Origin: an uncultured Solibacteraceae bacterium
GTDB taxonomy: Bacteria; Acidobacteriota; Vicinamibacteria; Vicinamibacterales; SCN-69-37
Length of the DNA: 38,911 nt
Direction of reading: 5' to 3'
NCBI GenBank assembly: GCA_964479175.1
Contig: CAYZLT010000001.1
Span: 25,428-64,338, forward strand
This document shows positions 27,225 to 35,980 of the stretch, one piece after another (within the stretch, counting starts at the first letter, position 1; every line of letters begins with the position of its first letter). Under the pieces are notes generated by a model that saw only the letters and a program-made list of their open reading frames with translations, was not told where the DNA came from and did not search any database. The position numbers and the translations under genes are program-made.

Positions 27225-29504
27225 TCAGTTGGGAAGAAACGAGTGGCCGGTGTGGACCATAAACTCGCTGGAGATGGCCGTCAGGAACAACGTGCCGAAG
27301 GCGCGCTGGTTGTGATCGGATGTCGCCTGCGCCAGTGACGTCAGCAACTGCCTGAGCTCGGTCGATATCCGGCCGAACAACAACGTCTGATTGACGTGCT
27401 CCACGAGCGCCGCCGGGTTGGCCGCCAGCGCGGTGTAGGGCGCCATGTTCAAGTGGAAAGACGATGAGAAGCTGCCGTTGAACAACGCATACACGAAGTT
27501 CGCACGCTGCACCGCCAGCGCCGGTGTGTAGATCTGGAACTCAGGTCCGAACTTGGTCGCGTCACCCGGCAGCGGTGCCAGCGGAGAGTAGAAGCTGAAC
27601 ACGGTGGTCGGCGACAGCACCTGCTGACCGAGCGTGGCGAACACATACATGAACTGGTTCGCGTTCGCGATCTGGATACCCAGCGCTCGCGCCAGACCGA
27701 TCACATGAAGAATCGGGTCGCGCAGACGACCGTCAGACGCTCCAGGCAGGGCCGCGTCGGCATCGGTCAGGATGGCCATGAGCACCGCTTTGAGATCACC
27801 ACGCACCCCATCGCCGTTGTCGGCAAAGACGTTGGCGACGCGTTCGATGTAGGCCGGCGACGGATTACTCGTCACTAGTGAACGAATCAGTCGGGTGGCA
27901 ACAAACGGCGCGACGTTCGGATGATTGAACACGTTGTCGATGACGTCAGTGAGGTCCTTGGTCACCGACTGACCGGCCGGCAACACGGCGCCGTTGAGCA
28001 GCGTTTTGGACCCGGCATCGTGACGAGCCGGTCGCGGCTCCATCAGGCCGACGAAATAGTCCGGGTTGTGTGACGCCGGCTGAAAGTTCGGCTGTGTGGG
28101 ATACGTCCACCCGGAGAGTGCGCGCGCAAACTCGCGCACGGTGTTCTGCGAGTAGGTCGGTACCAACTGACCGGCAGTCTTGTCGTACGAACCGTCCATT
28201 TTCAGCTTAAAGAGGCCAATGCCAAACAGCTGCAGCAGTTCGCGTGGATAATTTTCGTTCGGCGCGTTGCCCCCCGTACCCACACTGTTCGCCAGATCGA
28301 GGAACTTGCCCATCGACGGACTCAACGTGGCTTCGCGCAGCAGCGTCTTGTAGTTGCCAAAGACGTGATTCTCGAGCAGGCGCACCCACGGAATCACCTC
28401 GTAGCCGTTGACCAGTTTGTTCGTGGACACGGCTATCGTCTGGCTGAGCGCAAATGCCATTCGCTGACGGAGCTGATCCTGGCCATTGGCCAGCTTGAGA
28501 AACATCTGCGCTCGCACCTGGTTGTTGTCCATTCCGTCAGCCAGACCACCGGCGGGAATCTTCAACTGCTCGGCGATCCAGAGTTCGAGGCCCTTGGCCT
28601 GCACCGCTGCCATCTCGGCATGGGTTGCGCCAAACGTCGCCTGAGAGAGCAGGCGTTCTGCGGTGAACTTGTCCACAGGCACGGCAGCCGGAAGCGGATC
28701 ATTGACGAACGACGGAATCGCGGATGGCTCTGGTGTCGGTTCCCACACAGGCGGGGGCGTCACCGGCGGTGTCGGGGTTGTTGGCGACGGCGTGGGCGGT
28801 GTCGGTGGATTGGGCGGCATTGGCGCGTCCACCAGAGTGATCGTGTACCGCGCCCGCTCGGACCACACCTGGTACACGACGACATCAATCTTCGTCCGGC
28901 CGTCACACACCCACGCGTTGGTCGTGGCACCGCTGACGATCTGGTTGCCTCCCACATAGAGTCTGTGCGTCGCATCCGTCAACGTCGCCGACACGGGCAC
29001 CGAGCAGGCGCTCGTCCTGGGAATGGTGTACTGCGTCGTCGTCGGGGTGAACATCGGTGAGAGGTTCGCCGTGTAGAGCGCGGACAAATACGTGACCGGT
29101 GCCGGTGGGGGAGGCGGCGGCGGGGTCACGAGCGTAATGGTGTAGCGGCCAACCTCCGTCCAGTTCGCGTAAATGACGATGCTGATCGTGGGAGAGCTGC
29201 CGCAGACCCACGCACTGCGGGTGGCCCCACTGGCGGTTTCGCCACTGGCGATGTACAGCCGATGGACTGGATTGGCGAGCGTGGCGGTGACGTTCACCGA
29301 ACAGGCGCTGGTTTTCGGAATTGTGTATTGCTTCTGGGTCGGACTGAAGGAGGGACTCAGGCCTGCCACCGTCAGCGAGGTCAGCGCGCCGGTCTGCGCG
29401 GCCGCGGTCGGCGCCCCGACCGCCAGCACCAGCGCGGCCAGCACCAGCACCCGGTATATTTGATCCCACGTCCGATCCCACACCAACGTCAATCTGTCAT
29501 CCAT
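27225..29504 (-). CDS. DUF1800 protein with two N-terminal cadherin-like beta-sandwich modules
   Basis: Start taken at ATG 29504 (MDDRLTLVWDRTWDQIYRVLVLAALVLAVGAPTAAAQ). Two 86-aa repeats are separated by Pro-rich linkers, then comes a DUF1800-type C-terminal domain (RLLSQATFGAT, LLENHVFGNY, PNENYPRELLQLF). Confidence 0.8.
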   Translation of the reverse strand: MDDRLTLVWDRTWDQIYRVLVLAALVLAVGAPTAAAQTGALTSLTVAGLSPSFSPTQKQYTIPKTSACSVNVTATLANPVHRLYIASGETASGATRSAWVCGSSPTISIVIYANWTEVGRYTITLVTPPPPPPPAPVTYLSALYTANLSPMFTPTTTQYTIPRTSACSVPVSATLTDATHRLYVGGNQIVSGATTNAWVCDGRTKIDVVVYQVWSERARYTITLVDAPMPPNPPTPPTPSPTTPTPPVTPPPVWEPTPEPSAIPSFVNDPLPAAVPVDKFTAERLLSQATFGATHAEMAAVQAKGLELWIAEQLKIPAGGLADGMDNNQVRAQMFLKLANGQDQLRQRMAFALSQTIAVSTNKLVNGYEVIPWVRLLENHVFGNYKTLLREATLSPSMGKFLDLANSVGTGGNAPNENYPRELLQLFGIGLFKLKMDGSYDKTAGQLVPTYSQNTVREFARALSGWTYPTQPNFQPASHNPDYFVGLMEPRPARHDAGSKTLLNGAVLPAGQSVTKDLTDVIDNVFNHPNVAPFVATRLIRSLVTSNPSPAYIERVANVFADNGDGVRGDLKAVLMAILTDADAALPGASDGRLRDPILHVIGLARALGIQIANANQFMYVFATLGQQVLSPTTVFSFYSPLAPLPGDATKFGPEFQIYTPALAVQRANFVYALFNGSFSSSFHLNMAPYTALAANPAALVEHVNQTLLFGRISTELRQLLTSLAQATSDHNQRAFGTLFLTAISSEFMVHTGHSFLPN
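28830..29384. repeat. Intragenic duplication: two ~258-bp cadherin-like module copies (29127..29384 and 28830..29087)
   Basis: LTSLTVAGLSPSFSPTQKQYTIPKTSACSV...RYTITLV versus LSALYTANLSPMFTPTTTQYTIPRTSACSV...RYTITLV. Confidence 0.85.
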
Positions 29505-29572
29505 GCGATCTGTCTCTCCGAACCGACATGACGCCGAGCGGGCGCTCGTATTACCATCCGGTTCGTTCCTGT

Positions 29573-30571
29573 ATGTCACTTCTGCCCACCCACCTGGATG
29601 ACCTCTCCCTGGAGCATCTCGTCGCCACCACGGTGACGGAGGTGGTGATCCCGACCGTCCAGCGGACATTCAGACGATCCCCGGCACTGCTCGCTGCAAC
29701 CGAAGACGTGGTGGCGGACGTGCAGATGAAGTTGGTCCAGCGCCTTCGCGCCTGGAGGGATGGCACAGCGGACGCGGTGGAGAACGTGGCTGGGTACGCC
29801 TCAACGACGACGGTCCACGCGTGTTACGGGCTGTTGCGCCAGCGGTTTCCCAACCGCACTCGTCTGCGCAACCGGATGCGATATGTGATGACGCACCACC
29901 CGACGCTGGCCCTGGTTGAAGATTCGCCAGGGCTCTGGCGGTGCCGGATCAACAAGGTGCGGTCGGCGCCGGCGGTCGGCGCGGTCCAACGGTTGCAGGA
30001 CTCCCCCCGGGCCTTTGCCTCAGACCGGAACCTGAGTGACACGACACCCCTTCCATCCCTATTGGAAGGATTGCTCGCTGCCTGCGACGGTCCCGTCGAG
30101 TTTGACCGGCTCGTGGACGCCGTTTCCGTCATCTTCGGGGTGACCGATGCCGCCGAATCCAGCCCGATCGAGGCGGCGGACCACGCCCCCATGGCTCCGG
30201 AGGTGCTGGAGCATCGGGCGTCGCTGCGCGAGGTCTGGGCAGAGATCGTGGAGTTGCCCGTGCGTCAGCGGGCCGCGCTCCTGCTGAATATGCGTGATCC
30301 CGAGGGGGGTGGCATTCTGGAGTTGTTGCCCACCACGGGCGTTGTGACCATGGGCGACATCGCCCGGGCCCTTGAGATCTCGCTCGAGGACCTCGGGGAA
30401 TTGTGGGCGCGCCTCCCGCTTGATGACCTGACCATTGCGACCCGCCTTGGGATTACCCGCCAACAGGTCATCAACCTTCGAAAATCAGGCCGGGCGAGAC
30501 TGGCCCGCCGACTGGCCGGTAATATCGCTCCCGGCACATCATCATCAGGATCAATGGGGACCCGCCCGTGA
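29573..30571 (+). CDS. Atypically long ECF-like sigma-70 family protein
   Basis: Sigma-2-like N-terminus (DVVADVQMKLVQRL, VAGYASTTTVHACYGLLRQR). Sigma-4-like LPVRQRAALLL ... LTIATRLGITRQQVINLRKSGRARLARRL. About 130 aa separate the two regions, and ~45 aa are inserted inside region 4. Start taken at ATG 29573. Confidence 0.6.
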   Translation: MSLLPTHLDDLSLEHLVATTVTEVVIPTVQRTFRRSPALLAATEDVVADVQMKLVQRLRAWRDGTADAVENVAGYASTTTVHACYGLLRQRFPNRTRLRNRMRYVMTHHPTLALVEDSPGLWRCRINKVRSAPAVGAVQRLQDSPRAFASDRNLSDTTPLPSLLEGLLAACDGPVEFDRLVDAVSVIFGVTDAAESSPIEAADHAPMAPEVLEHRASLREVWAEIVELPVRQRAALLLNMRDPEGGGILELLPTTGVVTMGDIARALEISLEDLGELWARLPLDDLTIATRLGITRQQVINLRKSGRARLARRLAGNIAPGTSSSGSMGTRP

Positions 30572-31572
30572 CGGATACGCGACGATTGACGACGGCACTC
30601 TCTCCGCAGGCGGGCGACTTTGACCACCCGGCCCACGACCTGCTGGTCCATTACGTGGACGGACTGGCCGATGGTGCCGGTGGTGCCGACGTCGAGTGGA
30701 TCGAGAGCCATCTGATCGTGTGCGCCATGTGTCGCGAGGATGTCGGCGATCTGCGTGACGTGCAGCAACAACTGAAGGCCGGGGTGACGCCGGCCATAAC
30801 CGCTACCGGCCGCCGCGGATGGCGCCGAGCGATCGTGTATGGATCGGTCGCCGCCGGGCTTGCACTGATGGCCTGGGCGGGCGGCGCCTTTGACTCGGCT
30901 CCACCAGAGCCGGACGCCGTGCTGGTGTCCACTCCGTCGCAGGCAGCCCCGTCGAACCCTGCCACACCTGATGTCCTGACGCCCGCGGATCGTCTGGCTG
31001 TCGATCGTGCGCTCGCTGCCGGCCAACCCACCTGGCCGTCCTTCCACGAGGTCGTGCGCGGTCGTGTGGGAACGTTGCTCGGCGAGACGTCCAGAGTTCC
31101 ACCACTCACCCCAACGTCGCCGATTGCCACGGCCGTGACATCCACGCGGCCGGAGTTCACCTGGAGCGCGAGCTCGGGCGCGACGTCGTATGAAGTGTCG
31201 GTGTACGACGACAACTTCGGTGTGGTCGCCACAAGTGGTCCACTCACACGACCGACCTGGCGGCCCGATCGTGATCTCCCACGTGGACAGGTGCTCGTGT
31301 GGCAGATCACCGCCACCACCCTCACCGGCACCATCGTCAGTCCCGCTCCCCCGCAGCCAGAGGCGAGGTTTGTGGTCTTGTCTGACGCCGACGCCGCCAC
31401 GGTCGCCCAGGCACGCACACGCCTTGCCGACGAGCCGCTCGCGCGTGGCATCACTCTGGCGGAGGCTGGCCTGTATCGTGACGCCGAAGCCGCGCTCGTG
31501 CGCGCAGCGGCTGATGCCCGCTACGACGCCGCTCAGGTGCGGAAGATCCTGGCCGCCCTGCGGGCGCGATAG
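30568..31572 (+). CDS. Zinc-binding (ZAS-type) anti-sigma factor, single-pass membrane, with extracytoplasmic domain
   Basis: HLIVCAMC = H-x3-C-x2-C, TM IVYGSVAAGLALMAWAGGAF. GTGA overlap with the sigma gene stop. Confidence 0.7.
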   Translation: MTDTRRLTTALSPQAGDFDHPAHDLLVHYVDGLADGAGGADVEWIESHLIVCAMCREDVGDLRDVQQQLKAGVTPAITATGRRGWRRAIVYGSVAAGLALMAWAGGAFDSAPPEPDAVLVSTPSQAAPSNPATPDVLTPADRLAVDRALAAGQPTWPSFHEVVRGRVGTLLGETSRVPPLTPTSPIATAVTSTRPEFTWSASSGATSYEVSVYDDNFGVVATSGPLTRPTWRPDRDLPRGQVLVWQITATTLTGTIVSPAPPQPEARFVVLSDADAATVAQARTRLADEPLARGITLAEAGLYRDAEAALVRAAADARYDAAQVRKILAALRAR

Positions 31573-32541
31573 CTACTTTTTTTTGTAGAACGCTTCGATG
31601 GGTTGGAACGGCCCGAAGCGATGCTGGTCCACCGTAAAAGGATCCGCGTAGGGCGGATACGGCGAGTCAACGGGTTTGGTCGACCGGTCCGGATAGTCCC
31701 GTGCAAGTTTGTCGGCACTCAGCATCGGGCGAGGCTGTGAGTTGATAAAGGCGGCCACGTCGAACGCCTCATCATCGGTCAGGTCAGGTTTGCCGAACGG
31801 CATCTTGGCCTTGATAAAACGTGACGCCGTGATCACACGCCCCATCCCGGCGCCGTTGTTGTACGAGTCGTCGCCCCACAGCGGCGGAAACACATACCCG
31901 CGCCGGGGATCGGACGACGCGGGCAGACCGGAGCCGTCGCGGCCGTGGCACACGGCGCACTTGTCGTAGTAGATCAGTTTCCCCGCTTCGGGTGAGGCGG
32001 CTCGGGTCGGTGTGCGGAAGGGCGCCGGTTCATTGATGGCTTTTGCCAGCGGGTTCATTGCGGCGTATTCGTCGCTGAGCGCCTTGATGTACGCCACCAT
32101 CGCGTTCATCTCCACACCATCACGCGGCAGCATGCGGCCGTTCATGCTGCGCTCCATGCAGCCGTCGATGCGGTCCTTCAGATCCGCCTCGCGACCGTCA
32201 CGGCCGGAGAACCTCGGATATTTCTGATACGTCTCGGTGAGCGACAGCTGACCAGGCAGTTCGCCCGACTGCAGATGGCACGACCCGCAGTTGAGGCCGC
32301 TGCCCGTGTATCGCATGTCGGGATCGGGATGATTCGGGCCGATCAACATCGCGGTCTGTGCAATCAGTCGACGACCATATTCGGCCGTGGCGTCAGCCTG
32401 CACGTCGCCATCAACTTTCGCCCGGTCGGCAATCACGAACAACGTGGCGGCCAGCGCCACCGCGCCGAGCACCCCGGTGACGGCCAGCGCAACAGTCCAG
32501 CCTGAAGACGAACGAGTGGTGGCCGCCGGGTCAGTCATCAT
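31573..32541 (-). CDS. Membrane-anchored diheme cytochrome c, TsdA/COG3258-like
   Basis: N-terminal TM anchor, CGSCH and CAVCH heme motifs. A conserved-looking DRIDGCMERSMNG lies 39 residues after the first heme His. Confidence 0.65.
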   Translation of the reverse strand: MMTDPAATTRSSSGWTVALAVTGVLGAVALAATLFVIADRAKVDGDVQADATAEYGRRLIAQTAMLIGPNHPDPDMRYTGSGLNCGSCHLQSGELPGQLSLTETYQKYPRFSGRDGREADLKDRIDGCMERSMNGRMLPRDGVEMNAMVAYIKALSDEYAAMNPLAKAINEPAPFRTPTRAASPEAGKLIYYDKCAVCHGRDGSGLPASSDPRRGYVFPPLWGDDSYNNGAGMGRVITASRFIKAKMPFGKPDLTDDEAFDVAAFINSQPRPMLSADKLARDYPDRSTKPVDSPYPPYADPFTVDQHRFGPFQPIEAFYKKK

Positions 32542-32686
32542 GCGTCCGATCGTAACGTTGAATGTCCTCGACGAACAGGTGCTTGGGCGCCTCTATTCGC
32601 GCCCGGAGCCTGGGACTCAGCGCCCAGACGAGTACGAAGGCGGCGGTCAAGGCCAGCACGGCATATACGAGAAGGTCGGGAATCAT
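32531..32686 (-). CDS. Small single-TM protein (51 aa), CcoQ/FixQ- or CcoS-like; not in the ORF track
   Basis: My translation: MIPDLLVYAVLALTAAFVLVWALSPRLRARIEAPKHLFVEDIQRYDRTHDD. ATGA overlap with the ccoO-P stop (32683..32686). It overlaps the next gene start by 11 nt. Confidence 0.6.
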   Translation of the reverse strand: MIPDLLVYAVLALTAAFVLVWALSPRLRARIEAPKHLFVEDIQRYDRTHDD

Positions 32687-33885
32687 CGATTGGATCTCCG
32701 ATCGGCCTCATCAAAAAAGCCGCGAATGTGATGGGCGACCGCCGCCATGTCCGCACGGCTCAACCGTGAGCCCCAGGACGCCATCATGCTGCCAGCAATC
32801 CCCTGCTCGAGCGTTTCCACCACGCCATAGAACGACATCTGCTGCAGGCGGAAGTTGGTCGGTGGCCGGGGGAGTGAACTGGCGGCCGAGCCGTCGCCCG
32901 CGCCGGTGGGGCCGTGACACTGCGCGCAGTTGTCGGCATACACACGAGCGCCACGCTCAGCGGCATCGGGAGCCGGCATCTCGCCAATGCGGTCTTCCCG
33001 AAGCAGCGCCGTTGGCTGCTGCACGTGTGAGACAAGCGCGGCGAGATCGGCGAGCGGCATGTCTCGCCACGCAGGCATCGCGGTGCCGGGTACTCCGTGC
33101 CAGAGTGCCTCAAGCACCCGATCCGACCGATAAAAGCGATCGGCCAACGACGTCGGCGCCGGCATCAGTCCTCGCGCTCCGGGTCCATCGCCTCTCATCT
33201 CCGGTCCGTGGCACGAGGCACAGTGCAGCGTGTACAGCTCAGCGCCACGTGCGCCCTTCGCGTCAGTCCAGCGTGACGCCGGGTTCGGATCGGGCGGCAA
33301 TGTCGGCAACTCGCCGGACCGGCGCGGCGAGGCGGGATTGACGACGACTACCTCATTCGTGCCACTCGCGGCGAGGAGTCGCGCCCGGCCCAGCGACTCG
33401 AGGTACGCCACGACGTCCCGGGCGGATTGCTTCGGCTGGTCTGCGGAGCCGGCGAACAACCACGGGTATCCTGGCATCACCGATTGGGACACCACAAGCC
33501 GCGGGTTGTAGAGATGCACCAGATGCCAGTCTTCCGAACGGGTGCCGGATGTGCGAGACAGGTCGGGCCCGATGCGACGAGTACCGAGCATGTGCGGCAC
33601 GTCGCGACGGCTCTCCCACGCGAGCGTCGGCGCGCCGAACCTCGCTTCATCCGCGGCGGTGAATCGCACCTGCTGCGTGTGGCAGTACCCGCAGCCTTCG
33701 CGCGCGTAGATCTCTCGACCGCGCTGCTCACTCGCCGTGAGTGCGAGTGCAGCCGTTGGACCAAAGGCCCGCGCCTGTTCTTCCAGCACACGCGCCGGCC
33801 ACACACCGAGCCACACGACCGACGTGACGAAGAAGCCCACGCCGGCCACAAGCGCCGCGAGGTACGCCATGCGCAGCGGCCTCAC
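32683..33885 (-). CDS. ccoO: cbb3-type cytochrome c oxidase subunit II (CcoO/FixO) fused to a diheme CcoP-like domain
   Basis: N-terminal TM, GREIYAREGCGYCHTQQVR, GTRRIGPDLS and WHLVHLYNPR (FixO motifs). About 230 aa follow with CASCH and CAQCH. GTGA overlap with the ccoN stop. Confidence 0.8.
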   Translation of the reverse strand: MRPLRMAYLAALVAGVGFFVTSVVWLGVWPARVLEEQARAFGPTAALALTASEQRGREIYAREGCGYCHTQQVRFTAADEARFGAPTLAWESRRDVPHMLGTRRIGPDLSRTSGTRSEDWHLVHLYNPRLVVSQSVMPGYPWLFAGSADQPKQSARDVVAYLESLGRARLLAASGTNEVVVVNPASPRRSGELPTLPPDPNPASRWTDAKGARGAELYTLHCASCHGPEMRGDGPGARGLMPAPTSLADRFYRSDRVLEALWHGVPGTAMPAWRDMPLADLAALVSHVQQPTALLREDRIGEMPAPDAAERGARVYADNCAQCHGPTGAGDGSAASSLPRPPTNFRLQQMSFYGVVETLEQGIAGSMMASWGSRLSRADMAAVAHHIRGFFDEADRRSNR

Positions 33886-35213
33886 GGGTGCACCTCGGCA
33901 TTGCGCGGTCCGGTCAGCAGGCCCTGAAGCAGATCGAGGAAGCCCCCGAGCACAAGGATGCCCGTCGCCGACCGAATGATCCAGGCGTGACGCGACGCCA
34001 CGACCGAGTCAATCCATGGCGCGCCAGACTGCCAGTGTTGCGCTTGCACCAAGCCGACAATCGTCAAGTCGGTCACCATCAGGAGCACACCGGCGAACAA
34101 AAACCAGTAGGCCCGACCAACGGCCCGTGCGTTGAATCGAACACCCGGCGTGCGTTGCCACGCGTGGACCAATCCTCCGGCGGCGGCGAATGTGGCAAAC
34201 CCCAGCATGGCCAGGTGCGAGTGACCGATGACCCAGTCGGTGAAGTGCACGACCTGATTCACCGACATGAACGCCTGCAGCGATCCCTGCACGCTGACGA
34301 TTAAGTAGAAGATCGTCGACATCACCACAAACCTGAGACCGAGATCCTTCGGGAACGCGCCGGCCCCGTGCAGTGACAACAACAGGTTGGCCACCACCAG
34401 AATGACCGTGATGCCCAGAAGCGCCGAGGCGGCAATCGCCGTAAATTGCGCGGACATCGGAATTACCGAGAACACGTAGTGATGGGTGCCGTTGAGCGGA
34501 TACAGAAAAAAGAGCAGCCAGAAGCCGAGCATCGACAGAAAGTGGCTGTAGATGGGTTTGCCCGTCACGGCAGGAATCACGAAGTAGAGAATCGCCAGGG
34601 CCAGAGGCGTCACGAACAATCCCACCGCATCGTGAATCCACAATCCGCTGAACGCGGCACCAGCCGCACCGGGCACGAACTCGGGGACGATGTTGCCCAT
34701 CGGATAGGCCAGCATCGTGAACACCAGCGCGCCGATCACATACCAGCTCGAGACGTACAGCGACTCAAGCCCACGCGCAAAAAACGGCGGCACAAACTGG
34801 ATCAGCGCCATGACGATGCCGATGGCGACGAAGGCGTCAATCACGAGTGGAAACTCCGCCCATTCGAGGGGTTGGCTGACACCGGCAAGGACCAGCGCCC
34901 AGCCCGGCACCATCACCGCGAGGTTCCAGATGCCGAAGAGCCACCGGCCCAGGCGTGGACTCGTCACCGAACTGCCGGTGAGTCTGGGCACAGCATGGTA
35001 CAGGAACGCAAAAAACGCATTCGCAAGCCAGCCGAGCATGATGCCCTGGGTATGTGCGTAGCGAAGGCGGCCCCAACTGAGGGCAGGGACACCGGCGCCC
35101 AGATCGGGCCACCAGAGTTGAATGGAAATGATCAGGCCGAACGTGACCGACACAAGCAGCGTGACAAGGGCTGCAAGGCCGTGCGCACGAACGAGACCGG
35201 TGTCGACGTGCAC
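33882..35213 (-). CDS. ccoN: cbb3-type cytochrome c oxidase subunit I
   Basis: 12-TM heme-copper oxidase, C family: RLRYAHTQ, YPLNGTHHY, HFTDWVIGHSHLAMLGF. Confidence 0.85.
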   Translation of the reverse strand: MHVDTGLVRAHGLAALVTLLVSVTFGLIISIQLWWPDLGAGVPALSWGRLRYAHTQGIMLGWLANAFFAFLYHAVPRLTGSSVTSPRLGRWLFGIWNLAVMVPGWALVLAGVSQPLEWAEFPLVIDAFVAIGIVMALIQFVPPFFARGLESLYVSSWYVIGALVFTMLAYPMGNIVPEFVPGAAGAAFSGLWIHDAVGLFVTPLALAILYFVIPAVTGKPIYSHFLSMLGFWLLFFLYPLNGTHHYVFSVIPMSAQFTAIAASALLGITVILVVANLLLSLHGAGAFPKDLGLRFVVMSTIFYLIVSVQGSLQAFMSVNQVVHFTDWVIGHSHLAMLGFATFAAAGGLVHAWQRTPGVRFNARAVGRAYWFLFAGVLLMVTDLTIVGLVQAQHWQSGAPWIDSVVASRHAWIIRSATGILVLGGFLDLLQGLLTGPRNAEVHP

Positions 35214-35223
35214 GCCGCCCGCG

Positions 35224-35913
35224 TCAACCGACGTAGATCATGCTGTAGCCGTATTCCTGCGCGCGGGTAATCCCGACCACGCCCGCCGACATCATGTGCG
35301 CATTGGCCACCATGTTGGACTCGAGTTCCTTGTAGACCGCGGCGCGATCGCCGCCCTCGCCCGCAATCTGTCCGGCATACAGGCCCGTGGCCAAACCACA
35401 GACGATGATGTGGGCACCACGAGCCGTGAGGCGATCGAGGGGCGGACGTTCGCCGGAGTTGCGCGGGTTGGAGACCGGCGGACCCGGGTCGGTCGGATGT
35501 TTGTAGTTGGTCAAGTCGGCGAACACCTTGCCGTATTTCTTCCACATCCCGTTATTGAAGGCGAACGCGGTCGCGTGATGCCGCAACACCAGGACGAGCG
35601 CGATGTCGGGGTTTTCGAGTGCGTACCCCGTCCGGTTCGCGTTGAAGACATTGTTGGAGTAGCCGATGCCTTGCGCCGCGCCGTCGGGCGAGACCGCGTC
35701 GAGCACAACACGATGTTTTCCCGGCACCGCATCGAGCCAGGCGTCCTGGGGATGCCGCATCGGCTGGAATGTGGTGGCCGCTGGTGCCTGTGTCGCGGCC
35801 TGTGCGGGAGGCACCGCCTGCGCCGACAAATGGACCGAGCCAACCACCAGGCCAGCTGTGGCTGCGCCTACACCGTGCAGTAACGTCCGTCGATCCATTC
35901 GCTCGTGGGCCAT
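35224..35913 (-). CDS. DsrE/DsrF-like (COG1416-type) protein with Tat signal
   Basis: MDRRTLLHGVGAATAGL leader. AHIIVCGLAT and the C-terminal SAGVVGITRAQEYGYSMIYV resemble the DsrE-like fold family as I recall it. Confidence 0.5.
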   Translation of the reverse strand: MAHERMDRRTLLHGVGAATAGLVVGSVHLSAQAVPPAQAATQAPAATTFQPMRHPQDAWLDAVPGKHRVVLDAVSPDGAAQGIGYSNNVFNANRTGYALENPDIALVLVLRHHATAFAFNNGMWKKYGKVFADLTNYKHPTDPGPPVSNPRNSGERPPLDRLTARGAHIIVCGLATGLYAGQIAGEGGDRAAVYKELESNMVANAHMMSAGVVGITRAQEYGYSMIYVG

Positions 35914-35980
35914 CAGGAAACCTCGCCGGTGATTCTACCCCGACTGGTTACCGGAGCGACCCCAGGTGGATCCGGCCCCG

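Noticed and set aside
29505-29572. Plus-strand ECF-type autoregulatory promoter upstream of the sigma gene (GAAC ... CGTA).
   Set aside because: The spacing between the GAAC and CGT elements is about 23 nt, well outside the 16-17 nt expected.
32538-32756. 72-aa minus-strand ORF listed between ccoO-P and the cytochrome gene.
   Set aside because: It is arginine-rich and overlaps the ccoO-P 3' end out of frame. A different frame gives a 51-aa TM protein with an ATGA coupling to the ccoO-P stop, which is the better explanation.
35914-35980. TAGAAT (-10-like, minus strand, 35932..35937) upstream of the DsrE-like/cbb3 operon, and a possible attC after the membrane-protein gene.
   Set aside because: No acceptable -35 element, and no attC-type cores or palindrome. 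Left as unannotated intergenic sequence.
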